A DNA stretch of 26,326 bases from Pseudomonadota bacterium (GTDB lineage: Bacteria; Bdellovibrionota_B; Oligoflexia; Oligoflexales; CAIYRB01). A program made the translations under genes and the position numbers. The stretch's first letter is position 1, and the number at the start of each line of letters is the position of its first letter. This document shows, in pieces, positions 7,764 through 16,675 of the stretch. The DNA is taken from assembly GCA_031416315.1 (NCBI GenBank), contig JANOTL010000003.1, forward strand, positions 1 through 26,326, read 5' to 3'. The notes beneath the pieces were generated by a model. It worked only from the letters and a program-made list of their open reading frames with translations. It searched no databases and was not told the origin of the DNA.

Positions 7764-8645
7764 TCATAAGTCTTTAAATTTATTGATATAAAGCTTCTCT
7801 ACGGCATCCCGCGCCCACGGGGTCCGCCGCAGGAATTTCAAGCTCGACTTCAGGCTCGGCTCGTTGAGGAAGCAGTTGATCGCCACCTCACGTCCCAGGT
7901 ACGGCCAGCCGTAGCGCGTGACGAGCTCGGTCAGCAGCGCCTCGAGCGTCTTTCCCTCCAACGGGTCCTTCGAGCGCCGCTTGGCGAAGAGCCGTTGCGC
8001 GGCTTCCGGGACCTCCGCCAGCGTCGCGACCGCAGCGTCCGCAAATACACAGGCCGCGTGGTGAAAGCTCGGCACGAAGATCGCGCGCAGGCCCGCTGCC
8101 TGGGCGCCGCGGACGTCGTTGACGGGGTCGTCGCCGACGAAGAGCGCATCCTTGGGCTCGACCCCGAGGCGCGCGAGGGCGCTCAGGAAAATATCGGGGT
8201 GGGGCTTCTCGACGCCTTCAGCCTCGGACACGACCACTGCGGCAAAGAAGCGGGCGATGTCAGCTGCTACCGTCTTGTCTCGCTGGAGAGGAAAGCGGCC
8301 GTTGGTGACCACCGCCATGCGGTAGCCGGCGCGACTTAGCTCCTCGAGGCATTCCGCGGCCCCAAGATGTAGGCGCGTGTTGCGCACCGTCGCAGCGTCA
8401 CGATCGGCAAGCAGCTCTTGCCAAGTCGAGCCGACGATGCGGAAATGAGCGATGAGCTCCTCGAAGAGGCCGCGCTTCGGCTTGCGGCCGAAGTCGTCGA
8501 GCTCGAGGAACGCCTCGACGTACGCCTCTTCCGTAAATGGCTCGTTCGCGAACAGACGACGATACTGATCCTGCGCCGCGGCGAGCACCGTCGCCCGGCG
8601 ATCGACCAAGGTCTCATCCAGGTCAAACAAGACGGCTTTCAACAT
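7764..8645 (-). CDS. HAD-family hydrolase fused to C-terminal VF530 (DUF2132)-like domain
   Basis: Start MLKAVLFDLDETL (motif I), VVTNG (II), EKPHP (III), VGDDPVNDV (IV); the last ~68 aa KDPLEGKTLEALLTELVTRYGW...INCF...PSLKSSLKFLRRTPWARDAVEKLY match the VF530 family. Confidence 0.9.
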   Translation of the reverse strand: MLKAVLFDLDETLVDRRATVLAAAQDQYRRLFANEPFTEEAYVEAFLELDDFGRKPKRGLFEELIAHFRIVGSTWQELLADRDAATVRNTRLHLGAAECLEELSRAGYRMAVVTNGRFPLQRDKTVAADIARFFAAVVVSEAEGVEKPHPDIFLSALARLGVEPKDALFVGDDPVNDVRGAQAAGLRAIFVPSFHHAACVFADAAVATLAEVPEAAQRLFAKRRSKDPLEGKTLEALLTELVTRYGWPYLGREVAINCFLNEPSLKSSLKFLRRTPWARDAVEKLYINKFKDL

Positions 8646-8662
8646 GCGGGGAGACCTTTCAC

Positions 8663-9307
8663 GTGCGTGGCGCGCTCTGGGACATGGACGGGACCTTGGT
8701 CGATACGGCGGAGCTGCATTTCCTTGCCTGGCGGGAGACCTGCCTCGCCAACGGGCGGGACCTGACGCGCGCGGAGTTCTTTGCCACGTTTGGACGCCGC
8801 AACGAAGAGACGATTCCACTTTTGTTCGGCGAGCGCTTCCAGGGCGCCGCGGCGGCCGCCCTCGCCTTCCGAAAAGAAGAGCTATATCGCGCCGCTGCGC
8901 TCAAGGGCGTTGAACTGCTGCAGGGCGGGCGGGCGCTCCTCGAAGCCTTCGCCTCCGCCGGCTGGCGGCAGGCGATCGGCTCGAGCGCGCCCCGCCTCAA
9001 CATCGAGCAGATCTTGCGCCAGACGGCCACGACCTCGTCGTTTCAGGCGGTCGTCGCAGGGGAAGACGTCGTTCACGGGAAACCGCATCCCGACGTTTTC
9101 CTGAAGGGCGCCGCGTTGCTCGGCTTGAAGGCCGCGAATTGTGTCGTGCTCGAAGACGCCCCCGCCGGAGTCGAGGCTGCGAAAGCGGCGGGCATGAAGT
9201 GCATCGCGATCACGTTCCGGAGCCATCACACCGCAGAGAATCTCCGCGATGCGGGCGCCGACCTCGTCGTCGCGGACCTCACAAAGGTCGACTTGCGGAG
9301 TCTTTGA
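8663..9307 (+). CDS. HAD-family phosphatase (beta-phosphoglucomutase/CbbY-like)
   Basis: GTG 8663 with GGGGAG SD; ALWDMDGTLVDT, IGSSA, GKPHPDVF, VLEDAPAGVEAAKAAGM. Confidence 0.9.
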   Translation: MRGALWDMDGTLVDTAELHFLAWRETCLANGRDLTRAEFFATFGRRNEETIPLLFGERFQGAAAAALAFRKEELYRAAALKGVELLQGGRALLEAFASAGWRQAIGSSAPRLNIEQILRQTATTSSFQAVVAGEDVVHGKPHPDVFLKGAALLGLKAANCVVLEDAPAGVEAAKAAGMKCIAITFRSHHTAENLRDAGADLVVADLTKVDLRSL

Positions 9308-9369
9308 ATGCGCTGATTTTCGCGGAACGAGGTCGCGCCGCGATGTCCTATAGATGCTCAAGGGGGAGC

Positions 9370-10056
9370 CTATTTGGAATATAGGCCGGTGACCGTCGAC
9401 CCGAAGATCCCGCAATTCCCCGTAGCCGTGAGCGTCACGGTCGAGGAGCTCGTCCGCTTGACGTCGAAGCCGCAGCCTTTGAACGGAGTTTTGAACGGGA
9501 TCTTGTCGTTGGCGCGCTGCCCGTGGGCTCCCACCTCCACACGATCGTTGCCGTTCTCATCCGAGCGAATCGAGAGCTGCGCATGGAAGAGGGGCCCCGC
9601 CGTCGGCTGCTCGAGACTCAGAACGACGTTCTTCTTGTTGTAAGTGCCCGCCCAGCTCTCCGGATTCTTCTCGGGCGGGTACGTGACGTAGGCGCTGACG
9701 CTGGTGCTTTCGCAGCTCGTGAGCTTCGCCAGATTCTGGAATTTGTTGTGCGTGGACGGGATCGGGACGAAGACATAGGCCAAATCGTAGGACTTGCCGT
9801 TGACGACGGTCTCGAAATATTTGCCTTCGGAATCGGCTGCGGGTCGAAAGGTGACGTCCTTGATTTTCACCTCGACCGGTGTGGCGCCGCTGCACGGCTC
9901 GCAGTAGTCGAGCATGCGGTCGACCGCCTGCAAGGCCTTCACTGCCTGCTGCGCCGCGGCCTTCGACGTCCAGCTGCATTGATCGGCGCGCGCGCGCTCT
10001 CCGCCGCACACGAGCCCGAGAATGATCAGACCGCAAAATGAGACGGGAAAGCGCAT
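9370..10056 (-). CDS. Secreted cysteine-containing hypothetical protein
   Basis: Signal peptide ending ARA-DQC; DQC...YCEPC...VNGKSYDLAYVFV...NLAKLTSC N-domain plus a beta-rich C-domain with a Cys pair. Confidence 0.75.
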   Translation of the reverse strand: MRFPVSFCGLIILGLVCGGERARADQCSWTSKAAAQQAVKALQAVDRMLDYCEPCSGATPVEVKIKDVTFRPAADSEGKYFETVVNGKSYDLAYVFVPIPSTHNKFQNLAKLTSCESTSVSAYVTYPPEKNPESWAGTYNKKNVVLSLEQPTAGPLFHAQLSIRSDENGNDRVEVGAHGQRANDKIPFKTPFKGCGFDVKRTSSSTVTLTATGNCGIFGSTVTGLYSK

Positions 10057-10200
10057 CGACGGGATCCTCCGCAATGCCTCATTCTACACCACAAACCGCC
10101 ATTGGGCGCGGCTATGGCGCCGATAGCGACATGGTCTTGGCCGGCGTGCCGATGCGCGTGTTTGATGGGGCGCGACGCACACACAAAACGAGGAGAGCCC

Positions 10201-10791
10201 ATGATCTCGATCATCGCTGCCGCCACGATTCTCGCCTGCTGGGATTCCACCTTCGCCTACAACACGTTTCGAGTCGAGGCGACCGAGGCGCGCTTCTACG
10301 TCAGCATGAGCGGCTCGAGCTTGCCGGGGCGCGAAGGACGGTTCGTCGCTTCCAACGACGCCGAGCAGCTGCGCCTCGGGCCGGGCTGGGACAGCTCGCA
10401 GCACCACTGGCACGTGTCATTCCCGCGCTCCCAGTGCGCCTTCGACGCAGAAGCCAAATCCCTGAGCTGCGCCGCTGGCGACTTGATGGTCAACGAGTCC
10501 TTGGAAAGTTTCTACCGCACGCGTCCGATCGACGAGCTCGGCACCGTCCGCCAGATCACGTCGACCTTCGCGGTGCAGAGGCTCGAGCTTTCGGCTTCCC
10601 CGACCCGCTTCGAGCTGAAGAAGCTGCACCGCTACCCGGGCACCGGCGAGGTCGTCGAGCAGAAGCTCTTCGTCGAGCCGTACGTGATCGGCGACGAGCC
10701 GCAGCCGCTCGACTGCTCCGAAAACGCCGAGAATTGGGCGCCGCTCGTGCCGCAGGCGCTCGTGACGCACCTCGAGGCGTCTTCAAGCTAA
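10201..10791 (+). CDS. Putative secreted hypothetical protein
   Basis: AGGAG SD at 10191; hydrophobic N-terminus MISIIAAATILAC; beta-rich, 4 Cys. Confidence 0.7.
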   Translation: MISIIAAATILACWDSTFAYNTFRVEATEARFYVSMSGSSLPGREGRFVASNDAEQLRLGPGWDSSQHHWHVSFPRSQCAFDAEAKSLSCAAGDLMVNESLESFYRTRPIDELGTVRQITSTFAVQRLELSASPTRFELKKLHRYPGTGEVVEQKLFVEPYVIGDEPQPLDCSENAENWAPLVPQALVTHLEASSS

Positions 10792-10836
10792 GCCGCGCTG
10801 ACGGTCGCTATCCGCAGGCGCAGACGATAAGGAAAG

Positions 10837-12423
10837 TTACCCGGCGCTGATGCGGGCGTGCCCGGAAGCGACCCGCGCCGTTCGAACGATGCGATGCGGC
10901 GACTGCGCGGTCGCCGTCGACTCGACCGCTACGTGCTCGACGGTGAGTCCAGCCTCGGTGAAGCGCAAGAGCGTGAAGCCGTTGCTCGCGAGGTCGAGCC
11001 AGTCCATGTGTGGATTCTCGCGACGCAGCAGGTTGGGCGCGTCAGCGCCGAAAGCACGGATCATCGAGCTGGCGAGCGGCCAGGAGCTGATCGCGGCGGT
11101 GATGAACTCGACTCCGACCGCGGGGCTTCCCTGGTCGCTCGGATCGCGGCGCAGATGGCAGTCGTACGCGGAGTGGATGTCGCCCGTGACGGTGACGAAG
11201 TTTTGAATCCCCTCGGTCGCGATGAACTCGAGGAGCTCGGCGCGCTCGGCCGGGAAGCCGTCCCAGCAATCGAGGTTGAGGACGTGGCGGCCTTCGCCGG
11301 CGTGCGAGGCAGGAGCCAGGTGACCGAGGCGGGCCCGGCGCGCGGCCGGCGCCGGCACGAAGAACGGCGCGACCATCACCTCGCTGAGGAGCACCTTCCA
11401 TTTCGCGTCCGAGGCGGCGAGCTGATCTTTGAACCAAGATTTCTGCGGGCGCCCGAGCATCGAGTGGCCGCTTGCGCGCGCCGCGCCGCAAGGCTGCGTC
11501 ATGAAATCGTCGTCGCAAGGCATGCCGTCGCGGTATTGCCGCTGGTCCAGGACGAAGAGGTCGACCAACGAGCCGAGGCCGATGCGGCGAAACATCTGCA
11601 GGATCGGGCGGCCGTCGGGGGCGCGCGCGAGCTCCTCGTCGATCGGCATGTACTCGGCGAAGGCGCCGTAGGCGCCGGTGCAGCGCGCCATCGAGGTGTC
11701 CAGGTCTCCCGCCGCGTAGTCGTTGAACACCTCGTGATCGTCCCAGAGGTCGATCCACGTGAAAAGGCGGCGCGCCTCGCGGTACGAAGCGTCGCTCAGG
11801 TAGTAGCGGTACTTCTTGCGATAGTCCGCGAGGGTGTGGGCCGCTCGGCCGCTCAGGGGGTCAGGGCTTCCGGCTCGGCCGGCGTCACGCTCGTAGATGT
11901 GGTCGCCGAGATGGACGACGAAATCGACGCGTTGCTGCGCGAGAGCGAAGTAAGCGGAGTAGAAGCCAGCGCTGAAGCTTTGGCACGATACGGCGGCGAG
12001 GCGCAGCTCGGCGACGGACGACGCGGCGCTCGGCGCGGTGCGCGCGCGGCCGACGGCGCTGGCGTAGCCGGATTCGGTGGTGAAGCGGTAGTGGTAAGAG
12101 CCGTTCGGAGACAGCCCCGAGATCCGCACTTTCACCGTGAAATCGCGAGCGCTCGAGGTCGTCACGCGACCGGTGGCGACCCGCGTCGCGGCGCTGAAAT
12201 CAGGGGCCGTGGCGACCTCGTAGCGAACCTCGATCGCGCCGCCTTCGGAGCGGCCCTCGGGCGGGATGCGCGTCCAGATGATGAAGCCGCCGGGAAGCGG
12301 CGAGCCGGAGGTGACGCCGCAGTCGCCGTCGTAATCGGGAGCGGCGGCCCAAGCGCGGGACTCGCCCAGTTGGAATAGCGAAACCGCCGCAAGGCCTTTG
12401 GTCAGGGCGCGCCGACTGAGCAT
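10837..12423 (-). CDS. phoD: Alkaline phosphatase D family protein, Tat-exported
   Basis: Twin-arginine SRRAL; GVTSGSP, IIWTR, DFTVKV, SCQ, HLGDHIYE, WDDHEV, LDQRQYR, WDGFPAER, TGDIH. Confidence 0.93.
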   Translation of the reverse strand: MLSRRALTKGLAAVSLFQLGESRAWAAAPDYDGDCGVTSGSPLPGGFIIWTRIPPEGRSEGGAIEVRYEVATAPDFSAATRVATGRVTTSSARDFTVKVRISGLSPNGSYHYRFTTESGYASAVGRARTAPSAASSVAELRLAAVSCQSFSAGFYSAYFALAQQRVDFVVHLGDHIYERDAGRAGSPDPLSGRAAHTLADYRKKYRYYLSDASYREARRLFTWIDLWDDHEVFNDYAAGDLDTSMARCTGAYGAFAEYMPIDEELARAPDGRPILQMFRRIGLGSLVDLFVLDQRQYRDGMPCDDDFMTQPCGAARASGHSMLGRPQKSWFKDQLAASDAKWKVLLSEVMVAPFFVPAPAARRARLGHLAPASHAGEGRHVLNLDCWDGFPAERAELLEFIATEGIQNFVTVTGDIHSAYDCHLRRDPSDQGSPAVGVEFITAAISSWPLASSMIRAFGADAPNLLRRENPHMDWLDLASNGFTLLRFTEAGLTVEHVAVESTATAQSPHRIVRTARVASGHARISAG

Positions 12424-12454
12424 GCAGCTCTCCAGTGGGGTTCTGCGAAGAACC

Positions 12455-12961
12455 CTACTGCGCGCAGACCTTAGCTGTAAAGGCTCCGTTGACGTACTCG
12501 TCGCCGCTGAAAGGCTTGGCCACGAGCTTGCCGGAGACCTCCGTCGCGGACTCCGCGGTGAGCGCGATGCGACCTCGGCTGAAAGAGACGCTGCTCTCCT
12601 TCCAGTCGAAGGTGATCTCGAGCGAATCGTCGCTGCGCGATTCGGCGTCCGGGATGATGCCCTTGACGACGACCAACGCGCGCGTGCGCACCAGCGCGGT
12701 GCGCTCAGCGTACGTCGCGGGGCAGCTCGCGTTCGCGGCGTCGAGAAGCTCGAGCTCGTATTCTTTCGTCTCGGGGGCGCCGGCGACCGGCGAGCTCCAC
12801 ATGAAGGCAGACGCGGGGGTGAAAGCCTGGCCGCCGAAGTTGCCCGTCATCGGGTCGGCGGAAAGGGGCGGAAGCTCGCCGTTGTCGGCGCTGCTGCCGC
12901 CGTCCGCGCCGCAGCCGGCGACGGGAAGGACCACGAGGACGCAAAGGATGAGCTTCTTCAT
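12455..12961 (-). CDS. Hypothetical lipoprotein
   Basis: MKKLILCVLVVLPVAG-C lipobox; beta-rich, ends VNGAFTAKVC. Confidence 0.8.
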   Translation of the reverse strand: MKKLILCVLVVLPVAGCGADGGSSADNGELPPLSADPMTGNFGGQAFTPASAFMWSSPVAGAPETKEYELELLDAANASCPATYAERTALVRTRALVVVKGIIPDAESRSDDSLEITFDWKESSVSFSRGRIALTAESATEVSGKLVAKPFSGDEYVNGAFTAKVCAQ

Positions 12962-13117
12962 GGGGGCATCGTCTCAAACCTCAGCCAAAAAATCCACGCC
13001 CGAATGCGTCGTTTAGGCCGGCCTTTCCGACTCAATTGCGATTTTCGGGCGAAATGCTACAAGCCGCCTGCTCGCCTGTACACAACCAGAACGTAATAAA
13101 CAGAAGTGAGTTTACAC

Positions 13118-13741
13118 ATGTTTGCCAAAATCGCGACCTTGGTGTCCGTATTGTCGTTCGCCGCTCCGGCCGTGGCCCAAGACGGCGATGGCTCGAATCT
13201 CGGCTATGCCGCCGAGAACGTCCGCGAGGAGGCGGCGGAATTCGTCCGCATTCTCGGCTATCAGGAGCAGCGCGACCACTTCGAGCTGATCAGCGCCGGC
13301 GGGATGCTGGCGAAAGAGGCGGACGAACTGGCGCGTGCCAGCGATCTAGACCCGTACAGCGGGCGCGACGGCTTTCGCGGCACCGCGGATCGCGAGTACC
13401 GCGAGGTGCAGAATGCGTGGCGGGCGTTGAATGACGCGTGGAGCTGGATTCGGATCCGCTCGCACGAGGCGGCCCGCCAAATGGGCCGGATCGCGGCCGC
13501 GATCCGCGAGCTCGAGTATGTCTATGGATACGACGACGGCTACGAACCGGGCTATCCCGGCCAAGGCAATCCGGGCCAAGGCAATCCGGGCCAAGGCAAT
13601 CCGGGCCAAGGCAATCCGGGCCAAGGCAATCCGGGCCAAGGCAATCCGGGCCAAGGTGGCTATTCCGGCCAGGGGAATCCCGGTCAAGGCGGCGGCGACC
13701 ACGGCGAAGGCGACACCGGCGTGATCATCATCCGCCGCTGA
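13118..13741 (+). CDS. Secreted helical protein with (GQGNP)n repeat tail
   Basis: Signal MFAKIATLVSVLSFAAPAVA-Q; helical domain followed by GQGNP repeats. Confidence 0.8.
   Translation: MFAKIATLVSVLSFAAPAVAQDGDGSNLGYAAENVREEAAEFVRILGYQEQRDHFELISAGGMLAKEADELARASDLDPYSGRDGFRGTADREYREVQNAWRALNDAWSWIRIRSHEAARQMGRIAAAIRELEYVYGYDDGYEPGYPGQGNPGQGNPGQGNPGQGNPGQGNPGQGNPGQGGYSGQGNPGQGGGDHGEGDTGVIIIRR
13561..13656 (+). repeat. 15-bp tandem repeat (CCAAGGCAATCCGGG) x6 plus a partial unit, in-frame
   Basis: Six exact copies at 13561-13650, then CCAAGG; degenerate copies continue to about 13690. Confidence 0.97.
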
Positions 13742-13772
13742 GGCTCGGCCGGACCCGGGCTCGCGACGCCGA

Positions 13773-14129
13773 TCAGCGCTTCTTTTTCTTCTTCTTGCCG
13801 CCGCCCTTGCCCTTCAGGCCTTTGGCGGTGACCGTCATGCAGGTCGCTTGAAACATGCCACCTTCCTTGATGAAGATGGCGTTGGTCAGGTAGTCGACCT
13901 TGTGCTTCTTCTGCGCGTCGAGCGTGGCCTCGTCGACGAGACCGATCTCATTGCCCTTCTTTGCCGACGGCGGGTCGCCGATGCAGTACTTGCCGGTGAC
14001 GTTGCTCACGGTCTTGCCGCCGCGCGGAGGGTCGCTCAACGTCATCGAAATGATCGGCGCGTCGAGGACCTTCTGCGAGAAGCAGGCCGTCAGCAGCGCT
14101 GCGAGAGCGAGGAGGGCGAGCTTCTTCAT
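13773..14129 (-). CDS. Small lipoprotein (TRL-like?) with poly-Lys tail
   Basis: MKKLALLALAALLTA-C lipobox; VTGKYC...TCMTVTAKG; tail GKGGGKKKKKKR. Confidence 0.8.
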   Translation of the reverse strand: MKKLALLALAALLTACFSQKVLDAPIISMTLSDPPRGGKTVSNVTGKYCIGDPPSAKKGNEIGLVDEATLDAQKKHKVDYLTNAIFIKEGGMFQATCMTVTAKGLKGKGGGKKKKKKR

Positions 14130-14458
14130 TTGTGGCCGTTCCCCGTGACGATGAGGCAGGTCCGGCGGTACACGAGGATGTTGAGCGTGTCGCGGTCGAC
14201 GGCCATGTTCTGGATGTAGCGGAGGCCCTGGTCGCTCTTGCCGCGGGCCAACGCGTTGTTGATGCTGAGGTCCGACTCCGGCCGCCCGATGCCGAAGACG
14301 GTCGTGGCGCAGTCGCGCGCGTCGATGTGCCCGCTCGATCGGCCCGGCTTTTTGTCGGAGGTGATCGAGAGGTACTGGACCGCCACGGCGTCTTTGTAGA
14401 CGACGCAGCCGGATACTGACACGAGGAGCGCTAAAAGCGCGGCTAAGCGTTGGATCAT
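14126..14458 (-). CDS. Small lipoprotein (TRL-like family)
   Basis: LLVSVSG-C lipobox; ARDCATTVFGIG...SINNAL...VD...LVYRRTCLIVTG pattern; ATGA overlap with the next gene. Confidence 0.8.
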   Translation of the reverse strand: MIQRLAALLALLVSVSGCVVYKDAVAVQYLSITSDKKPGRSSGHIDARDCATTVFGIGRPESDLSINNALARGKSDQGLRYIQNMAVDRDTLNILVYRRTCLIVTGNGHK

Positions 14459-14475
14459 AAAGAAATGTTAACGTG

Positions 14476-14513
14476 CGCCGCCCCGGTCTCGCAAATGCGG
14501 GACCGGGGCGGCG
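14476..14513. terminator. Strong GC-rich hairpin downstream of the DEAD-box gene
   Basis: CGCCGCCCCGGTCTCGCA-AA-TGCGGGACCGGGGCGGCG, 18-bp arms with one mismatch, about 30 nt past the helicase stop. Confidence 0.65.
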
Positions 14514-14544
14514 TTTGGAAAAATCGAGAATGAGCGGGCTTAAC

Positions 14545-16029
14545 CTACCCGCGACGCTGGTGCTGCCCGCCGCCGCCGCGCTGATCGCGACGACCTTCGC
14601 CGCGCTGGTCCGGGAAGCGGCGCTTGAACGGCGGGCGCACGTTGGTGCGCGACTGCCAGCGGTCGATCTCGCGCATCGAGAAGCCGAGGCGGCGATCTTC
14701 GGAAGCGGCGAGCTGCGGGTCGTCGCCCGAGGTCTTGTTCAGGGCGAGCGTCGCGAGCTTCGCGAATACTTCGTCCGCGTCCTCGGCGCCGGCGAGCAGC
14801 CGGGCGGCGAGCGCGCGCGCGGCGTCCGTGGGGACGGTGGCCGAAATCTCGTCGAAGAGGCGGCGGCTCGCCTTCTCGCGGATGGCGGCGCGGGTCGGGA
14901 TCTCGCTCGGGGTGAGCGTGGTGCCGAAGACGCCGGAAATGCGCTGGAGCTTCTGGCAGTCGGCCGGATGCACGAGGGTCAGCGCGATGCCGGCGGCGCC
15001 GGCGCGGCCGGTACGGCCGATGCGGTGCACGTAAACCTCGACGTCCATCGGGAGGCCGTAGTTGAAGACGTGCGAGAGGCCGGCGATGTCCAAGCCGCGG
15101 GCGGCGACGTCGGTGGCGACGAGCGTGGTGAGCTTGCCGCTGCGGAGCATCTCGGTCACCTCGCGGCGCTCGCTGAGGTCGAGCTCGCCATGAAGGGCGC
15201 GGGCGGCGATGCCTTCACGGGAGAGCGCCATGGCGAGGTCGCCGGCGTCCTTGCGCGTGCGGCAGAAGACGATGGCCTTCTCCGGCTCCTCGACTTCGAT
15301 CAAGCGGATCAACGCCTCGAGGCGCTCGTGCTCGTTGACGACGTAGAAACGTTGCTCGATGCGCGTGGGGATGGCGTCCTTCGACTCGTCGACGACGTGC
15401 TTCGCGTCGGTGGTCAGCTCGCGGGAGAGCTTGGTGACCGAGGCCGGCATCGTGGCGGAGAAGAGGAGCGTGCGGCGCGGCTTCGGCAGGTGGCTCGCGA
15501 TGGTGCGGACTTCGTCGACGAAGCCCATGGCGAGCATCTCGTCGGCTTCGTCGAGGACCAAGGTCTTCGGCGCGAAGTTCGGCAGGGCGTTCGAAGTCAG
15601 ATAGTCGAGAAGACGGCCGGGCGTGGCGACCACGACCTCGGCGCCGCGACGGAGCGCCGGCAGCTGACGGATGGCCGGCTCGCCGCCGAAGGCGACGGCG
15701 ACGCGCAGCTTCAGCGTCGAGCTGAGGCGCACCATCTCGTTGGCGATCTGGATGGTCAGCTCGCGCGTCGGCGCGAGGATCAGGAGCTGAGTGCCGCCGC
15801 CCGAGACGAGGCGGTCGAGGCAAGGCAGCGCGTACGCCGCCGTCTTGCCCGTGCCGGTGCGCGCGCGAGCGATGACGTCACCGCCGCTCAAGATGGCCGG
15901 GATCGCCAAACTTTGGATGGTCGTCGGATTTTCGAAACCCGCCGCGCTGATGGCGGCGAGCATGTCGGCGCCGAGGGCAAAAGCGGCGAAGCCGGCGTTG
16001 GGAGCGCCAGGAATGGCTTGGGATGTCAT
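14545..16029 (-). CDS. DEAD-box ATP-dependent RNA helicase (DeaD/CshA-like)
   Basis: Q motif GFENPTTIQ, ARTGTGKT, PTREL, TPGRL, DEAD, SAT, ARGLD, HRIGRTGRAG; start re-assigned to ATG 16029 with AAGGA SD; basic R/G-rich tail. Confidence 0.96.
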   Translation of the reverse strand: MTSQAIPGAPNAGFAAFALGADMLAAISAAGFENPTTIQSLAIPAILSGGDVIARARTGTGKTAAYALPCLDRLVSGGGTQLLILAPTRELTIQIANEMVRLSSTLKLRVAVAFGGEPAIRQLPALRRGAEVVVATPGRLLDYLTSNALPNFAPKTLVLDEADEMLAMGFVDEVRTIASHLPKPRRTLLFSATMPASVTKLSRELTTDAKHVVDESKDAIPTRIEQRFYVVNEHERLEALIRLIEVEEPEKAIVFCRTRKDAGDLAMALSREGIAARALHGELDLSERREVTEMLRSGKLTTLVATDVAARGLDIAGLSHVFNYGLPMDVEVYVHRIGRTGRAGAAGIALTLVHPADCQKLQRISGVFGTTLTPSEIPTRAAIREKASRRLFDEISATVPTDAARALAARLLAGAEDADEVFAKLATLALNKTSGDDPQLAASEDRRLGFSMREIDRWQSRTNVRPPFKRRFPDQRGEGRRDQRGGGGQHQRRG

Positions 16030-16200
16030 GGGTATCCTTTGGTAGGCTGCGGAGCGGGCGGACCTTATCGCAAAGAAGCTGCGAAAGTCAAGGTCGAGGC
16101 CCCTTAAAGGCTTGCGGCACATGAGTTTAGCCGGTACCCGCGCCACTTACTCAGGGTCGTCGGAGTTAGGCCTTCCCCCGGGCCTATGGCGGCGAGCATC
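16030..16200 (-). promoter_or_regulatory. Putative structured 5' leader of the helicase mRNA
   Basis: Successive hairpins at 16061-16095, 16099-16111, 16122-16153 and 16167-16186; TTGACG on the minus strand at 16234-16229. Confidence 0.45.
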
Positions 16201-16294
16201 GCTCTGAAAGACGCCGAAAGCGTCGCATCGTCAACGTCTGCGCCAACTTCCTGACGCCCTAATCAACCCGCGCGGAAGCCGTTATCCTGGAAGC

Positions 16295-16675
16295 ATGAGC
16301 CAACCGCGCGTCTCGATCACGAATCAAGTGTCTTTGGCGGCCTGGGTGGCCCTCGGCCTCGCCGGCGCCCTGTGGATCTCCGACGATATGGACGAGGTTC
16401 GCCTCGTGCTCCTCGGCTACGTCGGCGTGCCTTGGGCCGTGCTCCACTTCGGCTTCTTCCTCTTTCGCCCGCAGTGGCCGGTGCTTTGGCCGCGGCTGCA
16501 TTGGACGTCGGCGATCGTGTGCCTGGGGCTCTTCGGCTTCGGCGTGATCCCGTTGACCAACGCGCTCGGCGGCGACGGCCAGACCGTAAAGCGCTCGGTC
16601 ATGGTCGACCGGCATGTCTCCGTGCGCGACGCGCGCATCGGCGGCCTGGGGATGATCTACCGGACCCGCTGGTGA
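16295..16675 (+). CDS. Hypothetical membrane protein (about 3 TM)
   Basis: Three hydrophobic stretches; fills the gap divergent from the helicase. Confidence 0.7.
   Translation: MSQPRVSITNQVSLAAWVALGLAGALWISDDMDEVRLVLLGYVGVPWAVLHFGFFLFRPQWPVLWPRLHWTSAIVCLGLFGFGVIPLTNALGGDGQTVKRSVMVDRHVSVRDARIGGLGMIYRTRW

Noticed and set aside
13561..13650. Tandem repeat as a CRISPR array
   Set aside because: 15-bp head-to-tail units with no spacers, in frame in a CDS, and no cas genes.
16030..16146. N-terminal extension of the helicase to 16146
   Set aside because: The Q motif lies close to ATG 16029, which has an SD; the extension is atypical and overlaps the hairpins.
16095..16200. tRNA or known riboswitch
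   Set aside because: No cloverleaf, T-loop or recognisable aptamer consensus.
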